Source: Mytilus californianus (lineage: Eukaryota). Taken from it: a DNA stretch of 64,000 nucleotides. The stretch lies in contig NW_026262712.1 of NCBI RefSeq assembly GCF_021869535.1, forward strand, positions 86,924,001-86,988,000, given 5' to 3'. The position numbers were made by a program, and so were the translations under genes. The notes under the pieces were generated by a model that ran no database searches, was not told the DNA's origin, and saw nothing but the letters and a program-made list of their open reading frames with translations. This document shows, one piece after another, positions 38,216 through 51,490 of the stretch (positions within the stretch are counted from its first letter, which is position 1; every line of letters starts with the position of its first letter).

Positions 38216-41200
38216 TATCAGAAAGCGTCATTGTTTTGCCAGGAAAGATATAAGTTTGTGTAATTGAATCTCCATTTGACACACGTATCAATATAAATTC
38301 ATAAATGCAATTCAAATTTTGTTTGTCTTATTGCACTGATTGTGCTAATTTTCACATGTAGATCACTAAATCCCAAAGTTGGAAATCAGAGTCTAAATCG
38401 CTTGACTGGCATTTATCTGTAGTGAATTGGTGTTCCCGATATTTTTAACTAAGACCAAACACTTAAATTTTGATTCAATATTGATTACGTTGTTTGCACT
38501 GAGGAAGCTCTCGACAAGAATGGAGGCATATTTTATGCTTTCTTAGTTCACTTTAAATAGGTCTAGGTTGAAAATGCATGTGAAACAAATTAAAAGCTTA
38601 TATTAAATTTCCTTTTCGAATATACATTTGATATCCATAAAGCTAGTGTAACCGATTCTCTAGAGAAATGTTTCAAAAAAGTTTGTTTACTGTCTATGAC
38701 TATGAATTGGGGTTGTGTTAATTACCGATAAAGTAAACAACGTATACAATGAGTATTCTTTAATATTGTTTTGGAGAAATATTTAAAAAAAAAACCAAAT
38801 GAATAGCTATGGCAAAATTAATTAAAGTTTTAAAGATGTGTTGTTTCACAACATGTTAACCATTATTGGAATAAACCCCTAGACGTCTAAAGAAGACAAA
38901 TTTACTAAATTCACTGTCAAAATAAAGACCCTTTACTAAAGACATTGTAGTACCTTAAAATGAACAAACTAAAGAAAGTGCATTGTAATGTTATTCTTGA
39001 TTTATTATTGACGTTGGAAAATTATTGCACGAAAGATACAATTGTTATTGTTTCGTTGAGTGAAATATTCTCGTGAAGTATAGTCTTGGTGGGTTTTTGT
39101 AGCTTCTATGGGCCATTCGGATCTTTCCGGAAACAAGATTCTCGGAACTTCTCGAAAATTTTCGATCATTTATACAGGTAGTTATCTATGTCTTTGATAC
39201 GGTCCCTCTATGGATAGGCTACCACCTGACATTTTATATTTCAACAATCAAAGTTCATTTGTAGATCGGATAGTAAAGAAATAAAGACTAGGTTGCAGTC
39301 AAAAAATCATTTATATGTTAGAACCTATTTGCCTTTTGACAAAACATAAGTGTTTTTAATGATGCGAATGTTTATTAAATATCACGTATTATAATGATAA
39401 CGCAATTATATAAGTCATGCTTTGAGACGGTCCCTGTACGTGTTGTGTGTGTAGTTTTATACAGCGTGCTGTATTCATTAAAATTATTAAGTTTAAACTG
39501 AGACTAAACTTATCCTTAATAGAATATAATTAAAAATGTTATATATACGTGTATTGTGCCCCACAGGTTTGAACAGTGAATGCATTTATGAAAATTATAT
39601 GCACTAATGAGCAGGGATGCGTATACACAAGTTAGTATCTAAATTTTAAACGGTGGTAAATGAAAAAATACTTGCATGGTTTCAATTCACAAGGATTTTA
39701 AATCCTTGCATTTCACAAAAAAAACACGGTAATTAATATTTAACAATATTCATTACTACGTTAATAATTTGATACTGTTTTAGTATGGATTTATAAGTCT
39801 TTGCTTATATTTTGTATAGCAATATATTCATATAGTAGACAGTTAGAGTTTAAGAACAGATTGATTTGATAAATAAAATGTCCATCAATAAATACTTGAA
39901 GCTGGTGTTTATTGATATTATATTCTAAATTTTCGGAAAAGATTCATTAACAGGAATGTATGTTAATGATTAAATTTAATTTTTTTAATAGTTCAACCTT
40001 ATAGCATCTTAAACTTTGCAATATGGTATGATTTTGAAAATTGTATCCATTGTGTTGACCAGCTATCCTGCACGTCCTTTTGAGAGTATGTTCAGGTATT
40101 CATAAAACTTCTGAAAATAAGATATTCTTCAAAACCAAGTTTTCCTGTAGAATATTTGGATTGATTTAAGTAACTTCAGGAAATCCTTAAAATTTGAGAT
40201 GTCTTATGAGACCAAAATAATTGTCAGTATATAAGCCCGTCCCAATGAAGCTGGTATGTTACTCTCAAGAAAAAATACGAAACCTTCTTACAAGTTGCAT
40301 GCCACACTGTTTCACTTCACATTGAAATTGGGCTTTAAATTTATCTATGCAACATCTACATGAGTACAGACAGCTTCAATAACGAGTATAAATATAATTG
40401 AAGACACCCAGGAAACAAAATATGAAGATATGATAGATAAAATAAATGCATCCAGATTATAAAACTGAGTGCTTAAATTTATATTGCGATTTTGTTTTTG
40501 CAATTTGCATTAGACATCAGGTTTGCAGAAACTGGGATTTGCAATAGGATTATGAAAAAATGATGTACACTCCCAAGTAATAAATAAAACAGTCAAGCCT
40601 TAAAATGTAAATTCAAATAGTAGCAGTATATATATACACTTTTCTATTCACAACTATCCAACATTGCTTTCAATTGACTTGTGCAAGAATCTACACACAA
40701 TTACATATTTTCAATGAAGGCGTTTTAACATCATCATTATCTTATTCTATTCACAGTCAATTATTTCAAATCAAAAGCAAACAAAAATTCAGCAACAATG
40801 TTTGGTGACCAGTCAGCGGTATCGGGTTCACGTACTGCTTTTCTTTTTTTTAAAGAAAACAACTTGTTTTTTTTTATTATGTAGATATACTTAGAATAAG
40901 TACTTTTTTACTCGGATGACCTTGAGGAGGTCATCCGAAGTAATGCTATGGCAGTTTCTGAGTATGCTTTTAACAGCGCTTTACTGCGTATATATAAACA
41001 TGATAAATACGCTGACGTTATCGAGTGCAAAATTGAATTCTTTATTGCTTCATATATCTATTAATATTATCAATGAAAATTCATGAAAATATGTTTTAAG
41101 AACATTTATTTGTAATCAACAATGTTTTATCTTGAGAATATATATGTTGTGTACAAGTTATCATTTTGTACAAATTATAATTTGTATGTTAACTTTGTAC

Positions 41201-41622
41201 AAATTGTAATTTGTACAAAAAATGCTTGTACAAATTACAATTTGTTCAAAATTTGACTAAAATTCACTTATAACTTGTACAAAGGATATATGATAATTTA
41301 ATATGACAGAAAAGATGGCTTTTTATATATTTTTAACTGTTATACATTTTAATTACCTCGAGGAAAACATTTTTGTATTCAGCTATTTTTGAACACTTTT
41401 GGACTGTTCATTATTTTGGGGTCAATTGTTTTAATAAGTTGTCAAAGATATATATCCCTGGTGTTTGTGAACACTCTTTTGGTTCTTTACTCATTTGATA
41501 TAATAGTGTAAACATGACCAGCATTGTTGACCAGCAGGATAATTACATTTATCCAATAAATTATGAACCTAGCAGAGAATAATACATGAAAGCACAATCA
41601 TTTGTTTACCAAGAATTTTTAG

Positions 41623-41823
41623 TACCGCGTTGGAACAGCTGCAGGAATTATAACAGGATATTTGTCTAGAATTCAAATTGAAGCTGTTAAAGACCCATGT
41701 TTATTTGCAGCAACGGTTCATGAGCTTCAACTTTTGCTACGTGACGCAATTAAAAAGCTTTTAAAAGCTGGTGGTCAGGGGTTTCTTTCATGTAAATGCA
41801 AAGAGGGGTGCAGCACTCTTTAA
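41623..41823 (+). mobile_element. Ginger2/KRBA2-like integrase-type transposase C-terminal fragment
   Basis: YRVGTAAGIITGYLSRIQIE...LRDAIKKLLKAGGQGFLSCKCKEGCST* resembles the GGQG-x2-CxC tail of this family. Recognised from memory, not by search. Confidence 0.6.
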
Positions 41824-41923
41824 TTCAAAAACAAGAAATTGTTTGAATCTGAAATAATTTTGAAATCTTGAAAATTGATAAGAAATGTATGATAAAAACT
41901 AACCCAATTAAGGAGGGTTAGCC

Positions 41924-43930
41924 ATGAATGAATGAATGAATCTTTTATTTTCATAAACTAAATACAAAGTTACAGAGAATGGTACATATATATACATAAA
42001 TAGATTAACTACATGCATGTGTGAAATACAACATGTAAGTTACATATTTCAACTAGGAGGACATACTTTCACATTAATAATTTTAATAAATTTACACAGT
42101 TTTTCTAGTTGTACAGTATTTGTAGAATTGAATAAAACATAAAATTTGTATGTGTTTGGATTTTTTCCAAAAATAATTAGATAACAATTTTGTTCTATCT
42201 GTTTTAAGTGCTTCGCAAGTCATAATGTAGTGGTATTCGTCACCAATGTTAGTTGAGTCACAAAGATGGCATACTCTATTGTCTCTTGCAAGACCCTGCC
42301 ATCTTCCCGTCTTAACTGGCAATCGGTGACTACCACATCTAAATTTGCACAATGTATACAAATGGGTATTTGACAAAATATTAAAATATTTATCTAACTT
42401 AATTTCTGTCTTAAAAATTCTATAACATAACCCTTTTGGTGCTGCATCTATATCTGACAAACATGGCTGTTTATATTGGTCTTGCAGTTTTTGTTCAACA
42501 CTTTTTGATACCCATTTATCCGCAAATTGCATACTCTATATGTTTGACATTCCACAGCTGTCTAGAATATTTTTTATATAAACAAGCCACTTGTTTTCAT
42601 ATCCATACATAGTAAAATTAAAGAATAAAAGTTTATATAGTAGACAAGATATTTTACTTTCTTTATCATTTAATAATCTGCCCCAGAAATTTATCATACG
42701 AACTTTTACCTTTAATGATATAAGATATCTGCCAAGCTCAGCATAAACAATAAAATTCGGTGTACTTTGTTTTAAATGTAGAATAATCTTACAAAATCTG
42801 AGGTGAATACGTTCCAATAAATCAAAATTTTCAAAACCCCAAATTTCTGAGGCCTATAGAAGAACTGGCACTACAGCTTTATCAAAAATATCTAACTGAC
42901 ACTCTATAGATAGATTGTTCTGTCTGCATTTTTTCAAGGCAGAGTACATTGCTTTCATACCTTGCTCATATAGATATTTTCGTGTTGTCAAAAACGAACC
43001 ACTTCTTGCGAAAAATATACCAAGGTACTTGTAGTCTTTGACAATTTCAATTTTACTATCATCTATAAAAAATTCAAGTTTTGTGGAATTCTACCACCTG
43101 AAAGAATTAGTATTTTTGTTTTATCGACATTAACAATCAGCTTCCATTTTTTACAGTAGCTTGAGAAAGCATTTAACATATTTTGTAAATCAGAACTGGT
43201 TTCTGCTAACAGAACAGTGTCATCAGCATATAAACAAGTAAACGTTGAACTCACTTTCTAAATCTGAATTAATAGAAGTCAAACCAGATAAATTTGATCA
43301 CTCTAAAAAATCTTGGAGATCATTTAGATGTACTGAAAATAAGGCAGGAGATAGGATTTCCCCCTGTCGAACACCGATTTCGCATGGGAAAAAGGCTGAT
43401 TTCTCATTATTATGAATTACACATGACTTTATATCTTTGTACATGTTTTGAATAATTCGATAAAATTTACCATCTATACTATTATTCAACAGTTTGCATA
43501 AAAGTAAATTTCTCTGAATAGAATCAAACGCGCGTTGGAAATCAATAAAAGCACAATGTAACTTTTTCTTCTTTACTTTCAATAGTTCAAATAATGCGTA
43601 CAACGAAAATATATGATCATTCGTGCTATATCCATGCCTAAAACCTGCCTGATTTTTGTGAAGTATTAAAATTTGGTCTAGGTAATCACATAATCTTGTA
43701 TTCAATATAGAAGTAAATATTTTCCCGCGGCAACATAAAAGTGTTATTGGCCGGTAATTCTTCGGCTCTGATTTACTACCTTTGTTTTTAAACACTGGGA
43801 TTACATTGCCTATAAGCCATGCCTCAGGTAAAATACCGGTATCAAAAATCAAATTAAAAAGATACACATAAACATCACACAAAAGATCAACAGTTGAACA
43901 TATGTATTTATGGAAAGCTTTCAAAAACAT
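41924..43930 (-). mobile_element. 5'-truncated, inactivated non-LTR retrotransposon (RTE/RTE-X-like RT)
   Basis: NYRPITLL, NQAGFR, AFIDFQRAFDS, GVRQGEILSP, YADD, YKYLG, C-terminal CHLC...DEYHYIMTC. Frameshifts and stops near 43298, 43230, 43063 and 42860. 3' AATAAA plus (TTCA)n tail at 41924-41950. Confidence 0.92.
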
Positions 43931-44067
43931 TATTATGTGTGCGTCCGTATTTTAAGTAATCATTATAAGCTTATATGTTTTTAAAATATAAATCCAGTTT
44001 CCAAGAGTTGTAGTATATTACGACTTGTCTCAATGAATTTTTTTTATCACTGAGATTACTCTTAGTT

Positions 44068-44169
44068 AAACTCGAATAATTCTGCGGCCTATAGCCTATC
44101 GAGGTTAATGTAGCAATCAGTGATCAGTAGGAGATCGGCGGAATATAACGACTGACATTATTCGAGTTA
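44068..44169. mobile_element. 102-bp mini-MITE with 9-bp TSD
   Basis: TIR AACTCGAATAAT / ATTATTCGAGTT. CTCTTAGTT at 44059-44067 and 44170-44178. Confidence 0.75.
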
Positions 44170-47100
44170 CTCTTAGTTTATCAACATAACACTACGGAGA
44201 CACTATATATACTCTCATCTCATGATTGTAACATAATAAATATCTGTTTATTAGTGTATGATATTCGTTAGTCCTGTCGCGTATTTTTGCAAACCAAATA
44301 ATATATACCTGTATCACATTCAGTTTCTGACGGCTGACAGAGTAGAGTCACATGCACAATGACCTGAAGGTCAGCTACTAGTATGCTTCAATCAGAAGGA
44401 TTCCCTAGTCAGCCAAATCCAAAAGAATGTAATTCTTCACGTACATGTAATATAAACAAAATTACAACGTGGTAAATAATTTATTATGGTAGCCATATTC
44501 ATTAAAAGTTACATTAAAATCACACAATTATTTTTTATGTTAAGCTATCTGTTAATCTAGGTAATTTGAAATATTGCTGTATCATTGATTGCTAGTGTAT
44601 TTCCTTCACTACCTTTATTTCAAATTCATAATAGCGTTTTTGTGTTTTGTATACTGTTGTTTGTCTTTTCGTCGTTTTTCGGGTTTTTTTGCCATGGCAT
44701 TGCCAGTTTGTTTTTGACTTCTGAATTTGAATATTTCTTTGGTATCTTACACCTCTCTTTTACAATATCTTTAACATATTCAATGTAAATGCTTGCTTTA
44801 AATTTGAAAATATGCTGTATCCATATCATATCAAGCTAATAAACAGTAGCTCTTGGCATAAATCTGTCTTTATTGGATATCAAGTTTCATAGCTGATGAG
44901 CTATAATCAATTACTTCGAAACCCGATCAGGATCTTTTTTTTTTCCACACCGAATTAAAAATGTTATGCTTCGAATTGTAATGTTCATTGGATAGAATAT
45001 ATTTGATTGACAAAGAAATTGATATAAAGTAAAACAGATACTCAAAATTCGTATTTGCAGTCTGAACATTTTCAGAATAAATATGATGATAGTGGTGACA
45101 TTTTTTACTGTATTGACCACGATTGAACTTGGTAAGATAACACTAGTAGCATTTTTTTTAATATTAATTATCGAGTACATTTTCATATCTTGGTCATCGC
45201 ACTCGCTGTGTCGGCAAAGTTCGGGAAGTAAACCCGATGCATAATTAATGAGATGAAAATGCACGCTACACGATATTAATTATCAATTATTAACACTTCT
45301 GTACTTTATATAAACATTCCACCGATCTTATTGTTAATTTAAAGTACATATCTTTGATTTTAGCAGCTTTAAAACTTGGTCATAATTTTGTCAAAATCGT
45401 AGCTACTATCCCTTTAATCATTAAAGACTTACATATATAATATGACACTTTAATAAAATAAATCTTATCTTAACTTATCTATATTCTATTTTGCAAATTT
45501 ACGTAATCACTAACAGACTAATTTTAAATATAAGGGATCGATCATTCGAAAAGATTTGGGGTGGGGTCGAAAAATGACTCATGACATTGTAATTTACAAA
45601 AATTAATAATATTTCCATAGGCAGCTGACCAACAAAATGTTGGGAATATTTGTACATGAAAAACGAAGATAAATATTCATGCTGCATTGCAGCAAAAATA
45701 AAATAATCGTTCCTTCAGAAAAGAAACGCATACCACTCCACAGGAATATAAAATGGTTTTCTCCTAATTGTATACTTTCGTGTTTCATGAATAATACCAT
45801 TATTCGATTTTTAATACTGATTTAGAATTAGTTAATATCAATGTCGTTGATTAAACTTTAAGACATTAAATATCGGCAAAATTGACCATGTTGACTCTTG
45901 ACCTTTGTGTGGAATACAAACTACTGCCTTTCAAATAAAATACTTCACTGACGAATAGTCAATTGGTCTAAATTACTAACTTCTAGTTCATTGGTCTAAG
46001 TTCTAGGATAATACTTCCTTTGCGTATCTTTTATTTATTAGACTGGAATTTGTTTGCATATATATAGTAATAAACTGGAATGTATTCTAATTATTACGAG
46101 ACCTATTTTACTGAAATCATTGAAACCTAAAATGTATTTCAAATGTCTGTAATCCTTTTTTGTTCTCCCTCTTTTTGAATGACTTAACTACCTGAAGCAT
46201 GCAGGTAGGTCGGTAGGTAGGTACTGGATAGGGATGAAGGTAAGTGCTAGTGTCTCGGAAACAAAGTCGACACCGCTTTTTAATGTCCATTTGTTATTCT
46301 TGTAGAGAAAAGCCAAACATCCTAAGATAAAAGATCTCGGAAACAAATTACCAATCGATTATGGAAGCAAACCCTGAGACATATCAAAAAGATTGGGCTT
46401 ATATTTTCCAATTTGGAATTAAGAAACTGCTAATGGACCCGATCTGGTAGGAGCATGTCTTAACCACGCTTAGAAATACCTTATGCTTCCGTTAACAAAA
46501 AGTTAAATCCAAAAATTAAAATATACTGTGCAAGGATCATAAAATGTATCCATGAAACATTTTTTTTACATGTAGAACACTTTCGATGATTTAAAAAGAT
46601 TGTTTTTGCAAATATTTCGGTGTTCGATCGCATCCACATGTCGAGAAACCGATCACTTGGTGTAATGATACATACATGGTGTAATTATTTTTTGACATTA
46701 TCAAATGGCGTCTGAAATTTATGACTTGAACAAACCTATAGAAAAAGGAAAACAGCAACGTCCTATAAGTTATTTCAAACCTGATCAAACTGGTAGAGGA
46801 GTGAGTCTTGAAATAGAATGACAGGAACTCAAGTACTGAAACTTGCGGTGAGTGAGATATTTGAGACATTCGTGTTTGATTATACAAATAATTCTTTGTC
46901 TTAATTTATATTGTATTCTTTAATATCAATTGTATTTTACTTTATTTGATAACAGGAAAAAGTCCAGTCCTAGCACTGAGTAAACTTAATAATTTCGGAA
47001 CTTAAATTTATTTACCTTTGCAAGTAGCAATTTTCAGGTCTTTCCCTGACCTATGGAACACCTTTAATTCTTGATTTTTAGGTTTTCCCGTATAATGTCA

Positions 47101-47322
47101 GAATTCAGATTTTAAATATGAGTTAACGAAATTGATTCCCATTATTGCCGTCTGTAGACTCATAATTTAAAAGTGTATTTAGAAAAGAACTTCAATTACT
47201 TATTAGTTAGATTTAACTGAAAGTTTAACTGCATACGTTGCCTTAATGATTTGAATACTAGCGGAAAAAAGAAGCTGTGCCCTTTTGCAATATATGGCAA
47301 ATATTTCAAAAACAGTAACTTT

Positions 47323-49756
47323 ATGTTTGCAATTTACATAATTGAACAAAGTTCATGTCTCAATTTCTTAGAAGGTATGCGCTCTTCTATTGAAACATCG
47401 TCATGGTCCACGAAAACACATTAATGTGCCTTTAGTTTACATTGTAGTGTCATATTACCACTGGAATGACAGTTCAGGAACATTTGTCATTCTTTCCGAC
47501 TATGGTTTTAAATATGATACAGATTTATTGAATTTACTCGGTATAATTTTCGGTCGAACTTGTAACCGGAAGCGATTTCGTTTGATCTCTCATTATATTT
47601 TGATGTCTGAATGATGTCACATCACTAGGTTACGCCATTTAAATGAATCGATGACCGATGTAAAAAGATTTAACAAAAAACACATGACCACAAAGACAGG
47701 ATAATGCTTGGTTATGTCTGCAGATGATCTTCCTACACCTTTTTAACTTTAAGATTAAAAATACTAGTGATTGAAAACGAATTCAAGTTTTTAAATTGCG
47801 ATGTATATAATTCAACTGCAGGTAATCTTTTAGATGAAATATGGATTAAAACTAACAACAGTGGAAACTTTGATATCCGCTCAAATTCAAATGTTGATAC
47901 TTATTACACCAGTTTGTCAACTCTCCACATATTTCCTGCCAACAGAAGATCTGTGAAATTTCATATTAAAGCATGCTCAAACGCTTTTGTTCTTCTCTCT
48001 GCTGACATCAATCTGAACTGTCCTGACGGTTATGAAATATGCATCGGTGGACAGCACAATACAAAGATATTTTTACGTCAAAGTGTTGTTGATTCATTAC
48101 AATTGTATACATTTTTATGCAAAATATATACTAAGCTGCTCAGAGCACAGGTTGGTTGAAGTCAATTGGGAAGTATTAGGAAGGATAACTGTAATGGCAG
48201 GTTCTAGAACAGTCCTGGATTGGACAGACCCATTACCCATACATATTCAAGGCGTTGGGATTATGACGGGTTTTGGATCTGAGGGATTGTGGATTGTGGA
48301 GCATGCATGTAAGCGATAGAAATTTTGCTTGAATGTGATAGAATGAAAGTATTAGCACAAAAATGTCTAAAATAATGGGGTTTTGTTATATGTTTAAAAG
48401 GAAATTAATTACTCACAATTTTTGCGTGATAATAAATATTTCTACACTAAACTCCAGTCAAGTAGGGATAATTTGATGTAAATGATCAAACAAACAAGTC
48501 ACACATTTTGAAAATGATTTATAGTTACACATTCGCTATTATTGTTTCTTACGAGAAAAGTTAAAATTAAACGATTGTTTTTCTATATGATAACTTTTTG
48601 GAAATGTTCCTTTCAATATTTCGGCGATAGTTTTCTTTAAATGTCCAAATGATGTTTTTAGATAAGCACCCGGGTAATCTATACTCATTTACAATTTGAC
48701 TAGTTGTTCAGAAATAAGACAATTTGTTATTTCCTCAAATATCATGAAGTTGGGGAATTATTCATTTCTATACTGAAACAATACCTGTAGGTAAAACAAC
48801 TGCAGTAAAATAGTTTTGATTCATTTTAAAGCTATCTTATATCTTTGTTCTACTAAATATACTTTCACGTGGTCAATAACATTGCTCATGTACTGCTGAT
48901 AACAAAGGAATAACAAAAATATAACCAAAACCAAAAACTGAAATTTATAGCCGGTTATATGGAAATACCTTCATGAGATTGGCAAAGCAATATTTTCTTC
49001 ACTCTGTAACAACTGCAAATGTCAAATTTGCGAAAACTGATTTTTGCATGTGATTCATTGTCTACTACATTGTTTGCAGATTTTATCTATCTGGCTAATT
49101 ATCATTTGCAAACCCTACATTAAAGGCAACAATAGTTATCCGAAAGCTGTTCAAATCTGTTGAATCCATTTAGAACACACAAATCATGGTAAACAACAAA
49201 ACTAAGGGAATCGCATGAACTGCGAATACTTTTCAGCCATAATATGGACACTTTTGTTTTATTTTAAGTACAAAGACAGAAAGACCAAACTCAAACTTTA
49301 TTCGTTCCTTTATTTAGAATAAAAGTGGAAATAAAGTTCTTTATTTTATTGTTTTGGTTTTAAATATTTTGGTTGGATATGACAGGGGTTAAGTAAATAT
49401 TTACCAAAAAGGAAGTACTTTTTAGTGCCGAGTACCTATGCACCCATATCTAAATATGAAAAACATTATTCATCGTAATTAAAAGAATGAGAAGATACCA
49501 AAATGGCGATGTTTATTTTTCAGCTCTATTTACTGGTTATTACAGTAACTGTGGCAAAGCAGGAACATATGGTAACATGACATTACTATCCACCTCAATG
49601 GAACCCAAGGAAATTGGTTGTGCATTAAAATGTTCTTGAAGTGACGACTGCATAGGAATCAACTTCAATGGCAAATCTGAAGAATGCCAGTTTGTTGCTG
49701 GAGGTCAGCTAGTCGTCATGGCCGTTGTTCCTGATTGGTAGTTTTACACAAAATGC
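47323..49756 (+). pseudogene. Farnesoic-acid-O-methyltransferase-like (Methyltransf_FA) domain + PAN/apple domain pseudogene
   Basis: Exon 47822-48308 reads VKFHIKACSNAFVLLS...YEICIGGQHNTK...ILSCSEHR...WTDPLP...TGFGSEGLW, with a 1-nt frameshift near 48112-48116. Exon from 49524 reads NCG...GCALKCS*SDDCIGINFNGKSEECQF...W*FYTKC, with in-frame stops at 49637 (TGA) and 49739 (TAG). The first exon 47323-47374 is tentative. Confidence 0.82.
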
Positions 49757-50089
49757 TTAAAGGAAAAAAAATATGTGTTTAGGGTGTATTATTTGAGTAA
49801 TATTTCTGTGACATGACAGTTTTGTTCTCTTCATTTTAATCCATATAATAACTGATAAAATATCATCAAAACGTTCAACTTGTGAGAAATATTACCCTGG
49901 AAAAAGAGAGCTAGTAATAAGTCATCAATGTCATTATGTAAAGGAAAGAAACTATCATTCTCTCAGTACTATGAATTTTAAGCCTTTTGACAGTAAATAA
50001 CTTCCAATGGTAATGTCAGGAGATGGTAGAGTAGATATTTAGAATTTTCTTTAAGAGTCATCACAATCTTTCATTCAATAATCTGACAA

Positions 50090-50560
50090 ATTATTTTTCC
50101 CATTTATACCATCATGTCTACAAGTATTGTTTAAACACTGTAAAGGGTCAACAGATATGTATATTGTTTTGACTAGAAATGATGTCATTCCGTCTAGACA
50201 GTTTAAGCGGGTTAACATTTTAGGTGAACAAGATCTGAACAGGAAAAATATTTTCAGACTGCCATTTGCTGTTACTAAAGCTAGTAATACGTGCAACAAA
50301 TCAGCATTTAATTTAATAAAACATTCTTATTATCCTTTATGTTCATTTTGTAAAACAGGAACTATAGAACATCTCTTTTGAAATTGTAATACTGTACACA
50401 ATTTTCTGCAGGATATTGATAACTGCTTCCTTTCCGATTGAATAGGTATCCCACTGACATGACAATACATTTAATTCCAGTTTTGGAGACTTAGAACAAA
50501 AATTTCACAAACAACAAGTACAACATGATGTTTAAGCATTATATGTGTATAACTCTAGAC
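50090..50560 (+). mobile_element. L1/Tx1-like retrotransposon 3' fragment
   Basis: KNIFRLPFAVTK...LCSFCKTGTIEHLF*NC, a decayed zf-RVT motif. Confidence 0.65.
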
Positions 50561-50782
50561 GATTGAAAAGGAATCTGCAAAACAAAACTGAATGACAATG
50601 TACGGAAGGTTTTTGCAAACCTGTTAAAAAGTAAATATAACAAAAATACCGAACTCCAAGGAAAATTCAAAACGGAAAGTCCCTTATCAAATGGCAAAAT
50701 CAAAAGCTCAAACACATTAAACTAATGGAAAACAACTGTCATATTCCTGACTTGGTACGGGCATTTTCTCATGGATTTAGTT

Positions 50783-50943
50783 GAGAGAATATATCATTAA
50801 ATTGTTTTTATGTAATGAGAGAATCTATCATTTTTATGTTATGAGAGAGAATATATAATTTTTATGTAATAAGAGAGAATATATAATTTTTATGTAATGA
50901 GAGAGAATATATCATTTTTATGTAATGAGAGAGAATATATCAT
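50783..50943. repeat. ~29-bp minisatellite, 5-6 copies
   Basis: Unit TTTTTATGTAATGAGAGAGAATATATCAT. Confidence 0.85.
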
Positions 50944-51310
50944 AAGTTATATGGTTTGCTACTGACCCCCTACGGATCCATAGAGGGTTAGAAAAATCCA
51001 TAGGGGTGATGCCGAAAAAAAGGTGTATATGTCTGTCTGACATGATTTATTTGACCTCATTGTCATAGATCTTTAAAAATGTTAAGTTTCTGTAATGGTT
51101 TTAGCAAAACCTTTATCTTTAAGACTTTCAGCGTAAAATCAATGGTCAGTAAAGCAGGCGAGACATTTCAGCGTGTGCACTCTTGTTATGTAATGTACTT
51201 GACCTGATTTGAAAGAGCTAAAAGGTTCATTTATATATTTCAGTTTTTTATATTATTCATAATTGATATTTTACACTTAAAATGAAATTAGGGATGTAAC
51301 AGAATAATTC

Positions 51311-51490
51311 TTCTTCTTTTTGTAACTTGATCTTTGTTTCTACTTTTTTCACTCCTATTTTCTGTAAATTAATCTTTGTTACTACTTTTTTCACTCCTAC
51401 ATTCTGTAACGTAATCTTTGGTTCTTTTCTTTTCTCTGCTTTCTGTAACTTGATCTTTTTTCTGAACTTTTTTTATATCTGCTTTCTATA
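51311..51490. repeat. Diverged ~42-bp pyrimidine-rich tandem repeat, about 4 copies
   Basis: Recurrent TCTGTAAC(T)TGATCTTT...CTCCTA/CTGCTT. Confidence 0.7.

Noticed and set aside
40908-40945. Hairpin CGGATGACCT-n5-AGGTCATCCG as a nuclear-receptor element
   Set aside because: Its T-run plus inverted-repeat layout looks like an isolated HINE 5' end. There is no independent regulatory evidence.
49637-49639. TGA in the PAN exon as selenocysteine
   Set aside because: It is not at a Cys position, the gene also has a TAG and a frameshift, and no SECIS was seen.
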